Of a stretch of 64,000 bases of DNA, positions 22,341 through 35,672 are shown one piece after another. Position numbers and translations under genes: made by a program. Positions within the stretch are counted from its first letter, which is position 1. Each line of letters opens with the position of its first letter. The stretch comes from Chrysemys picta bellii (Eukaryota). Location of the stretch: contig NC_088810.1 of NCBI RefSeq assembly GCF_011386835.1, forward strand, positions 23,002,001 through 23,066,000, given 5' to 3'. The notes beneath the pieces are model-generated. The model ran no database searches and was not told where the DNA came from. It saw nothing but the letters and a program-made list of their open reading frames with translations.

Positions 22341-25300
22341 TTATGTACTGAGACCTGATCATTAACCAAACCAAATATTTTCTTGCCTGTCTAATTCCTC
22401 TAATTGTTGTAATGGCTTTAATCATGGTTAATCAATTACTTAATTCTCAGTCAAACATAGGATGACATGCACAATACTCCCTGCAGTTTCTGTCATCTGA
22501 AATCTTTACGGGCAAGATGCCTTCCTGGTATCATCCTATTAACTTGTTTGGTATCAACACAGGTATAAATGTAGTTCCATTTTTATTCTTCTGCTTTCAA
22601 TGACTTCACAGTATGAGGTTGACTCAGGGGTGTATCACTCGCACAATCTCCTGTCATGCACTGGATTACATGTAAGTTTGTTATATACAAACTAGTACCT
22701 AATTACCAGCAAGGTGGAGTTTACCCTTGGAACTCCTTGGCGGATGGGAGAGTTTATTCGCGATGCTTAGAATCCCCACCCATAACTCTTCACTTAGTGT
22801 TTGAGACAATATGTTTTTGAAATCCATTGATGCCCTTTCAGTCAGTTCAATGGCTTTCAAACCAGGCTTTCTGGGTGACACTACTCTCCTAGAAACAGAG
22901 CCAGATCATGCCCAACGCTTAAGTTAAATCCCTTCTAAGCTTTCAAAGTAGAACTGAAGCAGAATCGAAGTGGTGCATATTATTTCTATAGAACCCTGAT
23001 TTTCAGCCTAATGCTAATAAACATTCAAGTCTGAAGGGACGTCCAGTCAAGTGATCAGTGATTTAAGGTTAGGGACTCACCTGGGAATCAGAACAGGACA
23101 CCTAAGGACGCCCTACTGCAGTGTTGTGTAAAGGTTTGGGATTAAAATCTTGACACTGGATCACCACAAGAGGGTGGTTTTCTTCTGGGGCAATGCGCCT
23201 GACCAAGAAAGCCCAGGAAGACTCACATGCGAGATGGAAATAAAGCCCACTTGGTCATGGCAAGATAGTTGAGGAATGAGCTTCCAGCAGAAATTAGACT
23301 AATCCAGGCTATGATCTACCTTAGCAAAGGATGCAAGGTCCTTCTCTTCTAGAAACTACCCCACCATTGCCCGTATTTTTTTCAACTGCTATCTACCCCT
23401 TCAGCAGCACTTTCTAGGACCAGGGCCGTAGGAAGAAGAAAAGACTCTATGAAGCTTACCAGGTAAATAGAAGGGAGGTTAATGATTTTACAACAAGGAC
23501 CAAGACTTCTCTCGCTAAACACAAGGCCAGTATATTCAAGAGACTAGTGATATCGGTGCCATACTTCAAACACCATGAAGATCCCTGCATTTCCAATGTG
23601 TTCAGTTCTTGCTCTATGGAGTCCAATTTCCTATAAGTTATCTCAAGTGGGCACCATGAATCTCCAGTCACTTTTGAAATCTCCGGTTTCAATGCTTCTC
23701 TCTTTAAATTGAAAGACATGAGACCTTTCAACTAGTGTCAGAACTTCTTGTTAAAGAAATGTATAGACATTCCTAAAGAACTGATGACGATAAGATACAT
23801 CATGGCTAAGATGGAGTGCCTAGGAACTTTTATTACGTGAAATCGAGGACAAGCTTTTCAGGTGGTGTAAAGAGGAAGAACGTCATTGTCCTGGATTCAA
23901 AAGTCCCATCACAGTAGGTTGCTTCACAACTGATTTTCCAAGCACGGGAGAATGAAACAGAGCAGCGGGCTAACTCAGAGATCTATGCTCCATTTGAATC
24001 CTCTTTAGCCCTACGTTGAATGTTTAAAAGAAATGTAAATGGTGCATAGTCTTTAGCTGGCCCGTTCTTGAGGAGAGGATTGCCAACCACAGGGCCATAT
24101 TTGAAGTCATCTCAATGCATTGGAAAGATGCCCTTGGATTTCACTGGGCACAGGATAAGGGCCCATATGAAATAGCTCTAGGTGGGCCTCCTAAGCATAT
24201 GAAGAAAATCTCCCCACCTCCCTGATGAGATTCCAGGATAAATTTTAAACTGATACAAGACTGGTTTTAAAGAACTGGCATGCAATCCTTGCAGGAAAGC
24301 AACGTCCATGTTTCCATGTGCATGTCATACCGTCTGGGAGTGAGAATTAACTAATAGCCTTAAAGAGGGATCACAACAATTGCCAGTAATGGGAGGAGAT
24401 TTCTGTGTAAAAATTTTTTATTTTGTAGGTGACATGGACTTCCTTGCATGCTGTACGAAAATAGAGCATAATCTGGATTACTCTCATTTCCTCTGGAAGC
24501 TCATACTTCAGTAAACCTCCCTCATTACTAAGTAGGTTTTTTTCCATCTCTCATGTGAGTCTTCCTGAGGAGTACTGTCTCAGAATTGTCTTTTCAGGTC
24601 ACGGCTGGTGATGACGTTCCAAGATTTTAAACCAAGCCTTTATAGAACATTGCACCCTTTCCGTTCAACTACCCGCACTTTTCGCTGCAAATCTAGAGGA
24701 ATCCTGCTATAGGCTGGCCTTCGATGTTCAGTTGTGATCCTCAAGTGAGTGCCTAACTTAAATCCACTGATCACTTGACCGGACATCTCCTCAGACTGGA
24801 ATGTCTAATAGCATTAGGCTGAAAATCAGGGATGAACATAAATAATATGAACCACTTTGATCCTGCTTCACTTCTATTTTGAAAACTTAGGAGGGAGTTA
24901 ACTTAAGCCTAGGGCATGTACTGCCCTGTTTCCAGGAGAGTATTGTAACCCAGAAGGGCTGGCTTCAAGACTATTGAACAGATTAAAAATATATCCAAGG
25001 ATTTCAAAAATATATTGGCCCAAACACATAGTGAAGAATTACAGATGGGGATTTTAAGCATGCCGAATAAACTCTCCCATCCACCAAGGAGTTCCAGGGT
25101 AAACACCTTGCCACTAATTATTTTCTAGTCTGGATATTACGGACTATGGAATCCTGTGCATGACAGCAGATTGTGCTTCTGATACATCCCTGAGTCACCC
25201 TCATACTGTGAAATAATTCAAAGCAGAATAAAGAAATGGAAGTAGATTTATTCCTGTGTTGACACCAAGGCAGTTAGTAGGATGACATCAGGAAACTATC

Positions 25301-25475
25301 GTGCTAAAAAAGATTTAAGATGACAGGAACTACAAGGTGTAATATGCATGTCATCCTATTTGGGACTGAGAATTGAGTAATTGATTAACCATGATCAAAG
25401 CCATTACAACAATTAGAGGACTTAGCCAGGCAAAAAAACATTTGGGTTGCTTAATGATCAGGTCTCAGTGCATAA

Positions 25476-25518
25476 GGGTGTTTCCTCTGCTTCCCATTGG
25501 CTAAGAAAGCATATAAAA
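25476..25518 (+). promoter_or_regulatory. A5 core promoter
   Basis: GGGTG 25476, ATTGG, TATAAAA 25512-25518; donor at 25580. Confidence 0.85.
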
Positions 25519-26246
25519 GTGCTTGGAACTGCAGGTGGTTCTATTCACTTCTCTTGACTTCATCCCCTTGGTGCACTGGGTAAGTCTATTTAACTCCATT
25601 TGTTTTAGTGATAGTTTTAAATATGAACAGAATCCTTCACCAATACTCTGTGACTTTAGAGACGTTGGAGAAGGGAGCATCTTGCTTTCCGTAGGAGACT
25701 TTCTGTAGCTCGTCAATTGCTGAGCGTGGTGGATGCAGTCTTAGAAATAGCAGGTTGGGGATTGGGATTGGGACCCCCCCATTCCAAATATTTACTGTTG
25801 GGGGTTCTCCTCTCTGCCTATAGAGGGTGCAGTACCATGGGGGAGGATTCTCAATAGTAGCATTTCGGAGACCCTGGAGTTCACATGCTCAATTCTATGA
25901 TTAATCTCAATCAGGAGGGCCTCATTCCTTCTCCCAGAGCACCCAGTGACTCGCTAAGCAATGGTGGTCAAGTCACTTCAACTGAGCCTCTAACCTGCCA
26001 CAGGGATAATAACCACTCATTTCATAGGTGTTCTCCAAAGCTTAATGGTTGCCTCGAGCAGTGAAATGCTGGTTTACTCTGAATGGGGCAGGAAAGCTTT
26101 TTTGCAGATTTAAGAAGAAGATTTAGGGTTGTATTAGAGTGGCCTCAAAAAGCAGAGATCTCTGAATGTCTTGTAACACTCAGAATTGTGTGTAATGTTT
26201 ACTCTGCTCCCCACTGTGTGTTTCAGATATACCCCAATCACAAAAG

Positions 26247-26645
26247 ATGTCTTCCAGCAAAGCTCTGTGTTACCCACGCCCACCATGTTATCCCGACATC
26301 TGCCCAGACCCATACGTTGATGCCTGCAATGAGCCTTGTGTCACATCATGCGGTGACTCGAGCGCAGTGGTCTATGCCCCACCGGTTGTCGTGAGATTCC
26401 CGGGACCAATTCTCGCTACCTGCCCTCAAGACAGCGTTGTGGGAAGCACCTTACCAAATTTACCCTATGGATATGGGGGCCCATACGGAGGTGGTAGTTT
26501 CAGTGGCTCAGTCGGTTCTGGGGTTGCTTATGGAGGTGGATACGGTGCTGGGTATGGTGGTGGATATGGTGGCTTATATGGGTATGGGAAGGGATATGGT
26601 AGGAAGTGCTATTCTTCCCGCTTTGGAAGCTGTGGCCCATGCTAA
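26247..26645 (+). CDS. Corneous beta-protein type A, 132 aa (gene A5)
   Basis: Paralog of A3; intron 25580-26226; AATAAATAAA at 27307-27316. Confidence 0.95.
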   Translation: MSSSKALCYPRPPCYPDICPDPYVDACNEPCVTSCGDSSAVVYAPPVVVRFPGPILATCPQDSVVGSTLPNLPYGYGGPYGGGSFSGSVGSGVAYGGGYGAGYGGGYGGLYGYGKGYGRKCYSSRFGSCGPC

Positions 26646-27306
26646 ACCCAGAAGAAAGATCCACGGAATGAGAAACAACCAGCAAATCAGATAGAAGATA
26701 AAGATTCCCCACTCACCTAATGGACGATGAGCGTGTATATCTCCATATGACATCATAGGGGGCTGTGTACTAATCAGGCCTATCTCTATTGTCCCCTTGT
26801 TATATGCTACCTTAACTTTATGGTCTAATGGTTTTGCAACTCCTCTTGCGCTTTATCCTATTTGATGCTGAAAGTTCTACAACAAGAACAGAATTTGATG
26901 AAAAATGGGACATAATTTCCAAATGTACAGCTGAAAGAAAAACAGCAGAACATCTTGTGTGAAATGCGTCACTTTTTAGATCGTGATTGCTTGTAGCTCC
27001 TATTGTAGCCCTGAAAATACATTCTCTGTGCTCTGCATTAATTCAATGTAAAGTGCACTGCTCATTCCCATTAAAAATTATGTGGCATTACATTATTGAC
27101 TTTCTGGTTTTCCTTTCTCCTCCATTCTTTCTTTCCAAAGCACTCTGGGTGAAATTCTCCTCTGTGCCGATGGTCAGTACCATCCTTATGCACTGCATCC
27201 ATCACACTCAAGCCCATAAGTGAGAAGAGAATCATGTCTATTAATTGCCCGATAGCACTGTGTAGATCCTCTGCACAGGAGGGTGTTACCCCCTTGTTAG
27301 AATAGG

Positions 27307-27316
27307 AATAAATAAA
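27307..27316 (+). terminator. Double poly(A) signal (A5)
   Basis: AATAAATAAA at the paralogous position. Confidence 0.65.
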
Positions 27317-27414
27317 TGACTTTCAAAAAGAATATATTTCTCTGTTCTAAATATTCTATAGAATCACAGAATTCTGTAAGTATAAGGGTGGAGCACACCT
27401 TCAGAGGTCATGTA

Positions 27415-28144
27415 AAGGCCAACAAAAATGATTTATGGTATGGAACAACTTCCGTATGAGGAGAGATTAATAAGAATGGGACTTTTCAGCTTGGAAAAAA
27501 GACGGCTAAGGGGAGATGTAATTGAGGTCTATAAAACCATGACTGGTGCGGAGAAAGTAGATAAGGAAGTGTTGTTTAATACTTCTCATAACACAAGAAC
27601 TCAAGGTCACCTAATGAAATTAATAGGCAGCAGTTTTAAAACATAGAAAAGAAAATAAAATAAATGGAGATATCCTATCTCCTAGAACTGGAAGGGACCT
27701 TGAAAAGGCATTGAGTCCAGCCCCCTGCCTTCACTAGCAGGAGCAAGTAGTGATTTTGCCCCAGATCCCTAAGTGATCCCCTCAAGGATTGAACTCACAA
27801 CTCTGAGTTCAGCAGGCCAATACTCAAACCACTGAGCTATCCCTCCCCCCAAAAGGAAGTATTTCTTCACACAACGCACAGTCAACCCATGGAACTCGTT
27901 GCCAGAGGCTGTTGTGAAGGCCAAGACTATAGCCCGGTTTAAAGAAGATCTAGATAAATTCATGGAGGATAGGTCCATCAATGGTTATTAGCCAGGATGG
28001 GCAGGAATGGTGTCCCTAGCCTCTGTTTGCCAGAAGTTGGGAATGGGCAACAGAGGATGGATCACTTGATGATTCCCTGCTCTGTTCGTTCCCTCTGGGG
28101 CACCTGGCATTGGCCTCTGTCGGAAGGGCCATTCTTTTGTTCTT
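27415..28144 (+). mobile_element. CR1 3' fragment (paralog of 16005-16553) interrupted by a SINE
   Basis: [27 protein letters not shown] peptide; same ATGTA target site. Confidence 0.85.
27652..27850 (-). mobile_element. tRNA-derived SINE with CR1-like tail (tortoise pol III/SINE type)
   Basis: Minus strand GGGGGGAGGGATAGCTCAGTGG (A box)...GAGTTCAATCC (B box)...TTTA tail; AAAAG TSD; absent at the paralogous site near 16237. Confidence 0.85.
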
Positions 28145-28613
28145 ATGTAGTCCGTCTCTCTACACTGAGACAGGACCAACCACACCTAAATGATCCCTGA
28201 TGTGTTTGTATAACTTGTTCTTAAAACCTCCAGTGACGGGGATTCCATTACTTCCCTTCAAAGCCTAAAATCACAGCTTAGCTATCATGATAGTTAGAAA
28301 GCTTATGCTTATATGTAACCTAAATGTCCCTTGTTTCAGATTAAGTCAATTACTTCTTGTCCCACCTTTAGTGTACATAGAGAACAGTTGGTCACCATCC
28401 TCTCTATAAGAGCCCTGAAAATACATGAAGACTATTGTCACATCTCTCCCTCTGTTTTTGATTTCTGAAGTTTAAACATGCCCAGTTTTTTGTAACCTTT
28501 CTTAATAACTAGTGAACAACAAGCTAGTGAAGAACACACAAAGCTATTGACGAACAAACAAAAGGGTAAATTCTCATGTTAAACTGCTGTAATTCTGGAC
28601 TTACTCTGTAGAG

Positions 28614-28817
28614 CAGTGGTTCTCAAAACTAGGGCTGCCGCTTCTTCAGGGAAAGCACGTGGCGGGCCGGGCCGGTTTCTTTACCTGCCACATCTGCAGG
28701 TTCAGCCGATCGTGGCTCCCAGTGGCCGTGGTTCGCCGCTCCGGGCCAATGGGACTGCGGGAAGCAGTGCGGGCCGGGGGACGTGCTGGCCGCCTTTCCC
28801 TAGATTGAGAACCACTG
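28614..28817. mobile_element. hAT-type MITE, internally deleted, perfect 8-bp TSD CTGTAGAG
   Basis: TSD at 28606-28613 and 28818-28825; TIR CAGTGGTTCTCAA / TTGAGAACCACTG. Confidence 0.85.
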
Positions 28818-30619
28818 CTGTAGAGGACAAAGGAGCTATGCTGGGTTTTTACAAGTGCAAAGGAGAACAGAATCCAGCCATGTGTCTTGTAGAAACCAGC
28901 AGGTCAAAGCCAAGCCTTTAATCTCGCCAAGCTATCTAGTTAACGCATGATTTTCTGAAGGATCAGGTGTTATTGGGACACTCAGTTTTGGGCTGCCAGA
29001 GAAACATTCATGGAGTTCCCTTTTCAGAGGGTGAGTGCTGAGCAATATCAGAAAGGTCCTGTCAAGATAATTCTAGTTGAGCACCCAAGACGTGAGGCAT
29101 CACATCTTACTGGAGATTTCTGAAAATCTTGGCCTTGGTTCTAGTCATAGATTCTCTGACTCATCTTGGTCAGATCGATTCCCTCTCTTCAGTCTCCTCA
29201 TATGCAACACTGACTCAGTATTTCCCCCCGTGGCTCTCCAATACTGTCCCACATCAGGGTGTTGGCCAACGAGGTTGGATTCCTTTACCCTGGATGGTAT
29301 AGGATTCTTGACCCTCCCAATCCATTACAGCCAGCTTGGCCCTGGGTTATGGCTCGAGTCTCTCCTCTGGCTCTGAGGAGACCTCTGTTTGGCTGGGATG
29401 TACCTTAACACCTCTTTGGCCCCTTTGGTTCAGCTTGGAAAGGAGCAAAGGGCAATTCAGTCTTTCTTCCTGCTGCAGAAAAAGTTGGAATGTGTGGAAA
29501 CCCAAACACATTTTGACATGACACGTTGGCTTGGTTCACCCGTGCGCTGGTGGGCCTGATTTAGGGCAAGCAGTTGGCAAGATTTAGCTGGAGATTGGGA
29601 TACACGTGCTGAATTTCCACTGTTGTGATGATCATATCACTATTGTTTTGTATGCCATGGTACATTTTCTCATAATTTTGCTGCATATGTAGTTTTTGAA
29701 GGGGCTCACACATATTCAGTATTTGAGGTGGAATGATGGGAGGGACATATGTCTCCCAGCTCTCTAGAATTGAGATGTGGGTGGGACTGAATGATTGACC
29801 ACAGAAAATATCCCTGTTTCTTGGTCCTTCTCCCCTATAGCTCCGAATCTTTCCGGTTACAGCTTCAGACATGAACAGACAGGCTGCCTATCTCTTTATT
29901 AGCAACTTACGGTTGAGATGAAATTTCTAAAATGTGGGTGTCTAACTGGTAGAAAGTCCGGACTCAAAGACTAGTTATCAATGCTTTTTCTTTCTATGTG
30001 GGAGGCCATATGTAGCAGAGATATGTAGGAGGTTGTCCTGTTCCTGTACTATGCAATATTTTCATTCATGACTTGGGTAACGGTGTGGAGAGTAGACTTA
30101 GACAGTTAGTGAATGACACCACTTTGAGAGGGGTTGCAAGCACTTTGGAGGGCAGTATTTGAATTCCAAATCACCTTGATAAATCGCAGAAAGGGTCTGA
30201 AATCAACAAACTGAAATTCAGTAAAGACAAGTGCAAAGTCCCATACTTAGGAAGCAAATTGTCCAGCTCTAACTTGCAGGGGTGGGGCTTTGGATTCACG
30301 TGCCAAATTTACATTGTTGTGATGATTATATCACTATTTTGTTTTGTATGTCCTGGTACATTTTCTCATAATTTTGCTGCATATATAGTGTTTGAAGGGA
30401 TGTACATGTATTCTGTTTTTGAGGTGCAATGATTGGAGGGACATATATCTCCCAGCTCTGTGGAACTGAGATGTGTGTGGGACTGAAAGACTCACCACAG
30501 AAAATATCCCTGTTTCCTGGCCCTTCTCCCCTATAGCTCCTAACCCTTCTGTTTACATTTCAGACACTAACAAAACAGCTGCCTATCTCTTTATTAGCAA
30601 CTTATGGTCAAGATGAAAT

Positions 30620-31700
30620 TTCTAAAAAGTGTGTGCATACTGGTTGAAAGTCCAGTCTTAAAGGGTCCCTCAGAAGATTGTCCTCGGTCCCATACTATTA
30701 ATTTCATTAATGACTTTGGTAATGTTGTAGAAAATATACTTTTACAATTTGAGAATGACACCCAACTGGGAGGTGGTGTAAGAATTTTGAAGGGCAGGAT
30801 TTGAATTCAAAATCACCATGACAAATCGGAGAATTGGTCTGAAATCAACAAGATGAAATTCAATAAAGACAAGTGCAAAGTCTTATACTTAGAAAATAAA
30901 CAGTGCTACTCTGATCGGCACCAGTGAGGCCTCACATGGAATAATGCAGAGGTAGGCAACCTATGGCATGCATGCCAAAGGCACGCGAGCTGATTTTCAG
31001 TGGCACTCACACTGCCCGGGTCCTGGCCATCGGTCCAGGGGACTCTGCATTTTAATTTAACTTTAAATGAAGCTTCTTATTTTAAAAACTTTATTTACTT
31101 TACATACAACAATAGTCTAGTTTTATATTATAGACTTATAAAAAGAGACCTTCTAAAAACGTTAAAATGTATTACTGGCACGCGGAACCTTAAATTAGAG
31201 TGAATAAATGAAGACTCGGCACACCACTTCTGAAAGGTTGCCAACCTCTGGAGTAATGTGTCCAGTTCTGGGTGACACACTTTAGTGGGAAAAATGTGGA
31301 TCAGCTGGAGATAATCTAGAAGAGATTTACAGAGATGATGAAAGGGTTAGACTGAAGCTATGAGGAAAGGCTAAAGAAAACTGGGCTTGTTTAGTCTTGA
31401 GAAACCAAAAACTGAGGGCGGCTGTTATGTATGTTCAGGGCTCTTGTACAGAGGATGGTGATCAATTGGTCTCCATGCCCACTAAAGGTAGGTTAAGGTA
31501 TAATTTGCTTAATTACAAGAAGACAGATTTAGGTTAGATATCAGCATAATTTTAGGCTTGATTTAGGCTTTCAAGGGAGGTTCTGGAATCCGTGTCACTA
31601 GAGGTTTAAGAACAGGTTAGTCAAACATCCGTCAGCCCTATATTTCGAGGGTTCTATGTTTCCGTATACTATTAAGGGCAGAGCAACACATTCAAGTTGA
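30620..31700 (+). mobile_element. Old CR1 RT/3' fragment abutting the CBP remnant 3' end
   Basis: Decayed NDTQLGG, KFNKDKCKVL and RPH.E..VQFW motifs; CR1 tail. Confidence 0.7.
30947..31250. mobile_element. hAT-type MITE inserted in CR1
   Basis: TIR CAGAGGTAGGCAACCT / AGGTTGCCAACCTCTG; 8-bp TSD GAATAATG / GAGTAATG. Confidence 0.85.
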
Positions 31701-31719
31701 AAGTCATGTGTAACAAGAG

Positions 31720-32430
31720 AGTAATCCCTCCCCTTTACCTTCACAGAAGACCTACACAATTATATTAACCAGTTAATGTACCTGATGCTCTTCTTAATTA
31801 TGGGCATGAGTGGGACTGATTAGTGCATAGGGTTGGTACAGGCCATCTGCACAGGGGAGAATTTCACCCAGAGTGCATTGGAAAGAAAGACTGCAAGGGA
31901 AAGGAAAACCAGAAGGCCGATACTATGATGCAGCATAAACTTTTAATGGGACTGAGCAGCAGAGTTTACACTCACAGAATGAATTAATGCAGAGTACAGA
32001 GAATGTATTTTCCGGATTACAATAAAAGCTACAACCAGTCACCAATGCAATCAAAAATGCAGTATTTCACGCAAGATGTTCTGTTCTCTTTCTTGCAGGT
32101 GCAGAATTTGAAAATCATGTCAAGTTTCCAACCAAATTAAGTCACTTATGGTAGGACAGGACACAGCACAATATGAGCATAAGACTAAACTACAAAACCA
32201 CTAGACCATAAAGCAAAGGTAACATATAAAAAGAAGAAGCCACAGACAGGCCGGATTTATACAGATGATGAACACCCACAGCCCCCCTGATTTCAAGTGG
32301 AGTGGTAGGGTCTTACTTTCCATTAGCTGAGTGGTGAATCTCTACCTTGTCTGTCATTTCCTTGTTTCTTGTTCCGTGGATCTTTCTTCTGGGTTTAACA
32401 TGGGCCACAACTTCCAAAGCGGGAAGAATA
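31720..32430 (-). pseudogene. CBP remnant: last 11 codons ([11 protein letters not shown]) plus full 3' UTR; upstream coding sequence not recognisable
   Basis: Reverse complement of 32395-32430 encodes the type A C-terminus. 31720-32394 aligns to CBP 3' UTRs. The frame upstream has an in-frame TAG and no clear core box. Confidence 0.75.
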
Positions 32431-33459
32431 GGGAACAGAGGAAACATAACACGCTGTTGACAATGGAATAGGAGAATCACCGTTGGTGTTATATGGTAAT
32501 GTGGGCTATGTAGGTCCCTTTTTGCAGGCTACATATCTGGGTATTCTTATACACATCCACACCAACCAGCCAGCTCCCAGTATTGCTGACATAGTTGCTC
32601 TTAGCTGTCTTTTCTGTGAGATCCAAACTGGTAGGTGCACACTGAGAATACCTACTGGATTGGGACCCACAGGTAAAATAGGAAAGTGAATGCCTGCTCT
32701 CAGGATCTGCCTGGGAGTAAAGGGGAAGTTAGATGTCTTAGTCTCTCCGTGGATTTGGTTTCAGGAAATTAAAGGCTTGATAAAATTAGCAAGTGCTGAG
32801 CCCCTTTGAAATTCTGTTACTATTGGAGTCACCCAAGATCACACCGGAAATCTGTGCCAGAGAACAGGTCCCAAATCAGATTTTTGGAGGCCCTATTTGT
32901 GCTATGTCCACATGAACTTCCGTTCCCATCAAGCCCTTGAGGATGAGTAAAAATCATCAAGTCTCATTACTAAACCCACAATAGATAATATTTCCATCAT
33001 GGATGCCTGCGATTTTCAAACCATTTAGATAATTATAGCACAGAATAGCATGGCGATGCAGTAGATTATTCACACGTTCTTGTTAAACCAGTTTAACACA
33101 GGGTCTAAACCATCATACTTACCTTTCACTCAAATGTGCTACTTTGACTTGCACCAGCCAAAGACCTAGACCTAAAATGGCGAGTTGTAACAGTAAGAAA
33201 CTAAATATTGCATCAGGTCAGTGGTCCATCTCACCCAGGATATTATCGCTAGTAATGTGCAGCATCACAAGCCTCAGTTTAAGGTATAAGAATCCTGAAG
33301 TTGTCCACTATAGAGTAAACTGCCCTTAAGGTGACTTTATTCCTAATCCACCTAAAGTAGAGGTTAGCTTTGCCCTGAAGTTCAACACATACATATCCCT
33401 TCCAAACTCTGAGTTTCTTCTATACGTAGAAGCTCGATCTGCTAACCTGACTAGGACAG

Positions 33460-33835
33460 TAGAGGTGCTATTCAATTGTTATATTTCAAACCTGATCTCC
33501 ACCGCTTTATGGAAACAGCAGGGTCAGATCAGCAGCCCAGGTAACCCATTGTGATTCCAGTGAAGTCACCCCAGGAGCTGGCAATGTGTCGTTACACATA
33601 GAGAGTCAGAGTTGTGCAGTCTATTATCCACGTCATCTGAGGCTGAGATTTTTCATAATAGTCTAAAGCATTTCCAAACCACAATTATACTTACTAGGAA
33701 CTGGGGTCCCATCCCATATGTGGATTTGAAAATCCCAACCAGATATTTTTAAAGACGGCATGTGCCAATACCCACAATTGACTTGCTACAGAAAGTCTCC
33801 TGTGTAAACAAAGATGCTTTCTGTGTCAGCAATAC
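33460..33835 (-). pseudogene. Orphan CBP intron fragment lacking exon 1 and promoter
   Basis: Aligns to the type B intron (e.g. 35160-35520: ATGGAAACAGCAGGGTCAGATCA, GCTACAGAAAGTCTCC); abuts the 3' end of B1. Confidence 0.7.
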
Positions 33836-33886
33836 TAACATCATAGAGTATTTGCGAAGAGGGAAATATAGTCTTTTTGAGAGTCA

Positions 33887-33896
33887 TTTATTTATT
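33887..33896 (-). terminator. Double poly(A) signal (B1)
   Basis: TTTATTTATT on the + strand. Confidence 0.65.
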
Positions 33897-34616
33897 CCCA
33901 ATCTATTAGAGACAAGTGTAACAAGGGAGTAATTCCCTCCTGTGCAGAGAACCTACACAGTGCTATTGGCCAATTCATGTACTGATTCTCTTCTTTCTTT
34001 TGGGCATTAGTGGGATTGATATAGTGAATAGAGGTTGCGCGGACTATCTGCACAGGGGAGAATTTCATCCAGAGTGCTTTGGAAAGAAAGAAAGAAAGAA
34101 TGGAGGGGAAAGGAAAACCAGAAGGCCGAAAATATGATGCAGCATCATTTTTAATGGGAACGAACATCAGAGTTTGCACTTACAGAATGAATTAATGCAG
34201 AGTACAGAAATGGTATTTTCAGGGTTACAAAGAGAGCTTCCACCAATCACCAGCTGCAGAGTGATGCATGTCACACAATCTGTTCTGCCATCTTGCAGCC
34301 AGCCACGCAGTGGGAAAATCATCTCACATTTTCCACCAGATTAAGCCACTTGTGGTAGACTGTTCAGCATCAAAAAGGACAAAGCATAATATGAGCGTAA
34401 GACTAAACAGCAAAACCACTACACCATAAAGAAAAGGTAACATATAACGAGAAGAAGCCATACAGAGCCCTGGATTATATAGGCAATGAACACACACAGC
34501 CCCTAATGATTTCGAGTGGAGCTGTAGGCTCTGATTTTCCATAAGTTGAGTGGTGAATCTCTCTCTTCTCTTTCATTTCCTGGTTGTTTCTTCTTCTATG
34601 GTTCTTTTTTCTGGGT

Positions 34617-35087
34617 TTAACATGGGCCACAGCTTCCACGGCGGGAAGAATAGCACCTCCCACCATATCGCCTCCCATACCCGCATAAGCCACCATAGCC
34701 ACCCCCGTATCCACCACCATAACCACATAAGCCCCCATAACCATATGAGCCTCCATAACTGCTTAAGCCCCCATAACCATAACCACCCTCTAAAGCACCC
34801 CCATATCCACTACCATAACCAATTGGGCCACCCAAAGCACCACCCCCAAATGAGCCCCCAGCTCGGTAGGGTAGAGCTGGTAAGGTGCTTCCCACTAGGC
34901 TGTGTTGAGGACAAGAAGAGAGAATTGGTCCTGGGAATAGCACGGAAACCGGTGGTGGATAGACCACTGCTGTTGAATCTGCACACGAGGTGACACAAGG
35001 CTCATTGCGGGCAACAACACATGGATCTGGGCATATGTCAGGATAACACGGGCTGGGTCGGCAAGACAGGTCTTTGCAGGAAGACAT
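34617..35087 (-). CDS. Corneous beta-protein type B, 156 aa (gene B1)
   Basis: MSSCKDLSC start, core box [33 protein letters not shown], Gly-Tyr tail; intron 35108-35611. Confidence 0.95.
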   Translation of the reverse strand: MSSCKDLSCRPSPCYPDICPDPCVVARNEPCVTSCADSTAVVYPPPVSVLFPGPILSSCPQHSLVGSTLPALPYRAGGSFGGGALGGPIGYGSGYGGALEGGYGYGGLSSYGGSYGYGGLCGYGGGYGGGYGGLCGYGRRYGGRCYSSRRGSCGPC

Positions 35088-35672
35088 TTTTTGTGATTGT
35101 CGTAAACCTGAAACACACAGAAGGGAGCAGAGGAAACTTAACACGCTTTAGGTAGAGCGGCCTTCAATAGTTATATTTCAAATCTGCCCTCCATGGTTTA
35201 ATGGAAACAGCAGGGTCAGATCATCAGCCCAGGCAACCTATTGTGATTCCAGTGAAATCACCCAAAGCGCTGGCCATGTGTATTTAAACATAACGTGTCA
35301 GAATAATACAGTCTATTATCTAAGGCTGAGATTTTTCATAATTGTCTAACGAATTCCCATGTCCAATCCCAAATTATAATTATTGGGAACGGGGGTCCCA
35401 ATCCCATATGTAGATTTGAAAATCCAAACCAGATATTTTTAAAGTCAGCATGTGCAAACGTCTACGACTGACTAGCTACAGAAAGTCTCCTATGCAAAGA
35501 AAGACGCCTCCTGTCCCAACACTTGTAAAATCATAGCGCACAGGACTTAGTTCAAAATTCAAACGATTAATAAAGCAGCAATTGGTGGCAGTTGGAGCCA
35601 AAGAAACTTACCAAGCTCACCAAGGAGAGGAAGTCAAGAGAAGTGGATAGAACAACCTGGAGTTGCAGGCAC

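Larger units (their letters stand above)
7255..30295. repeat. Segmental tandem repeat of the type A (-/+) gene pair: about 7255-17595, about 17596-29057, partial third copy about 29058-30295
   Basis: Colinear high identity (A2/A4 offset 11479, A3/A5 offset 11432, which include the 1.2-kb CR1 insertion); boundaries approximate. Confidence 0.85.

Noticed and set aside
33115-33125. ATACTTACCT (U1 snRNA 5' end-like; perfect AAG/GTAAGT donor on the minus strand)
   Set aside because: No further U1 similarity and no TATA/CCAAT or exon 1 homology upstream; the downstream ATG at 32592 gives only a 28-aa non-CBP peptide.
35088-35144. N-terminal extensions of the CBP ORFs given by the ORF track (also 10225, 21731, 40898, 46608, 54575)
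   Set aside because: They run through the splice acceptor into intron pyrimidine tracts; the conserved ATG lies 20 nt into exon 2.
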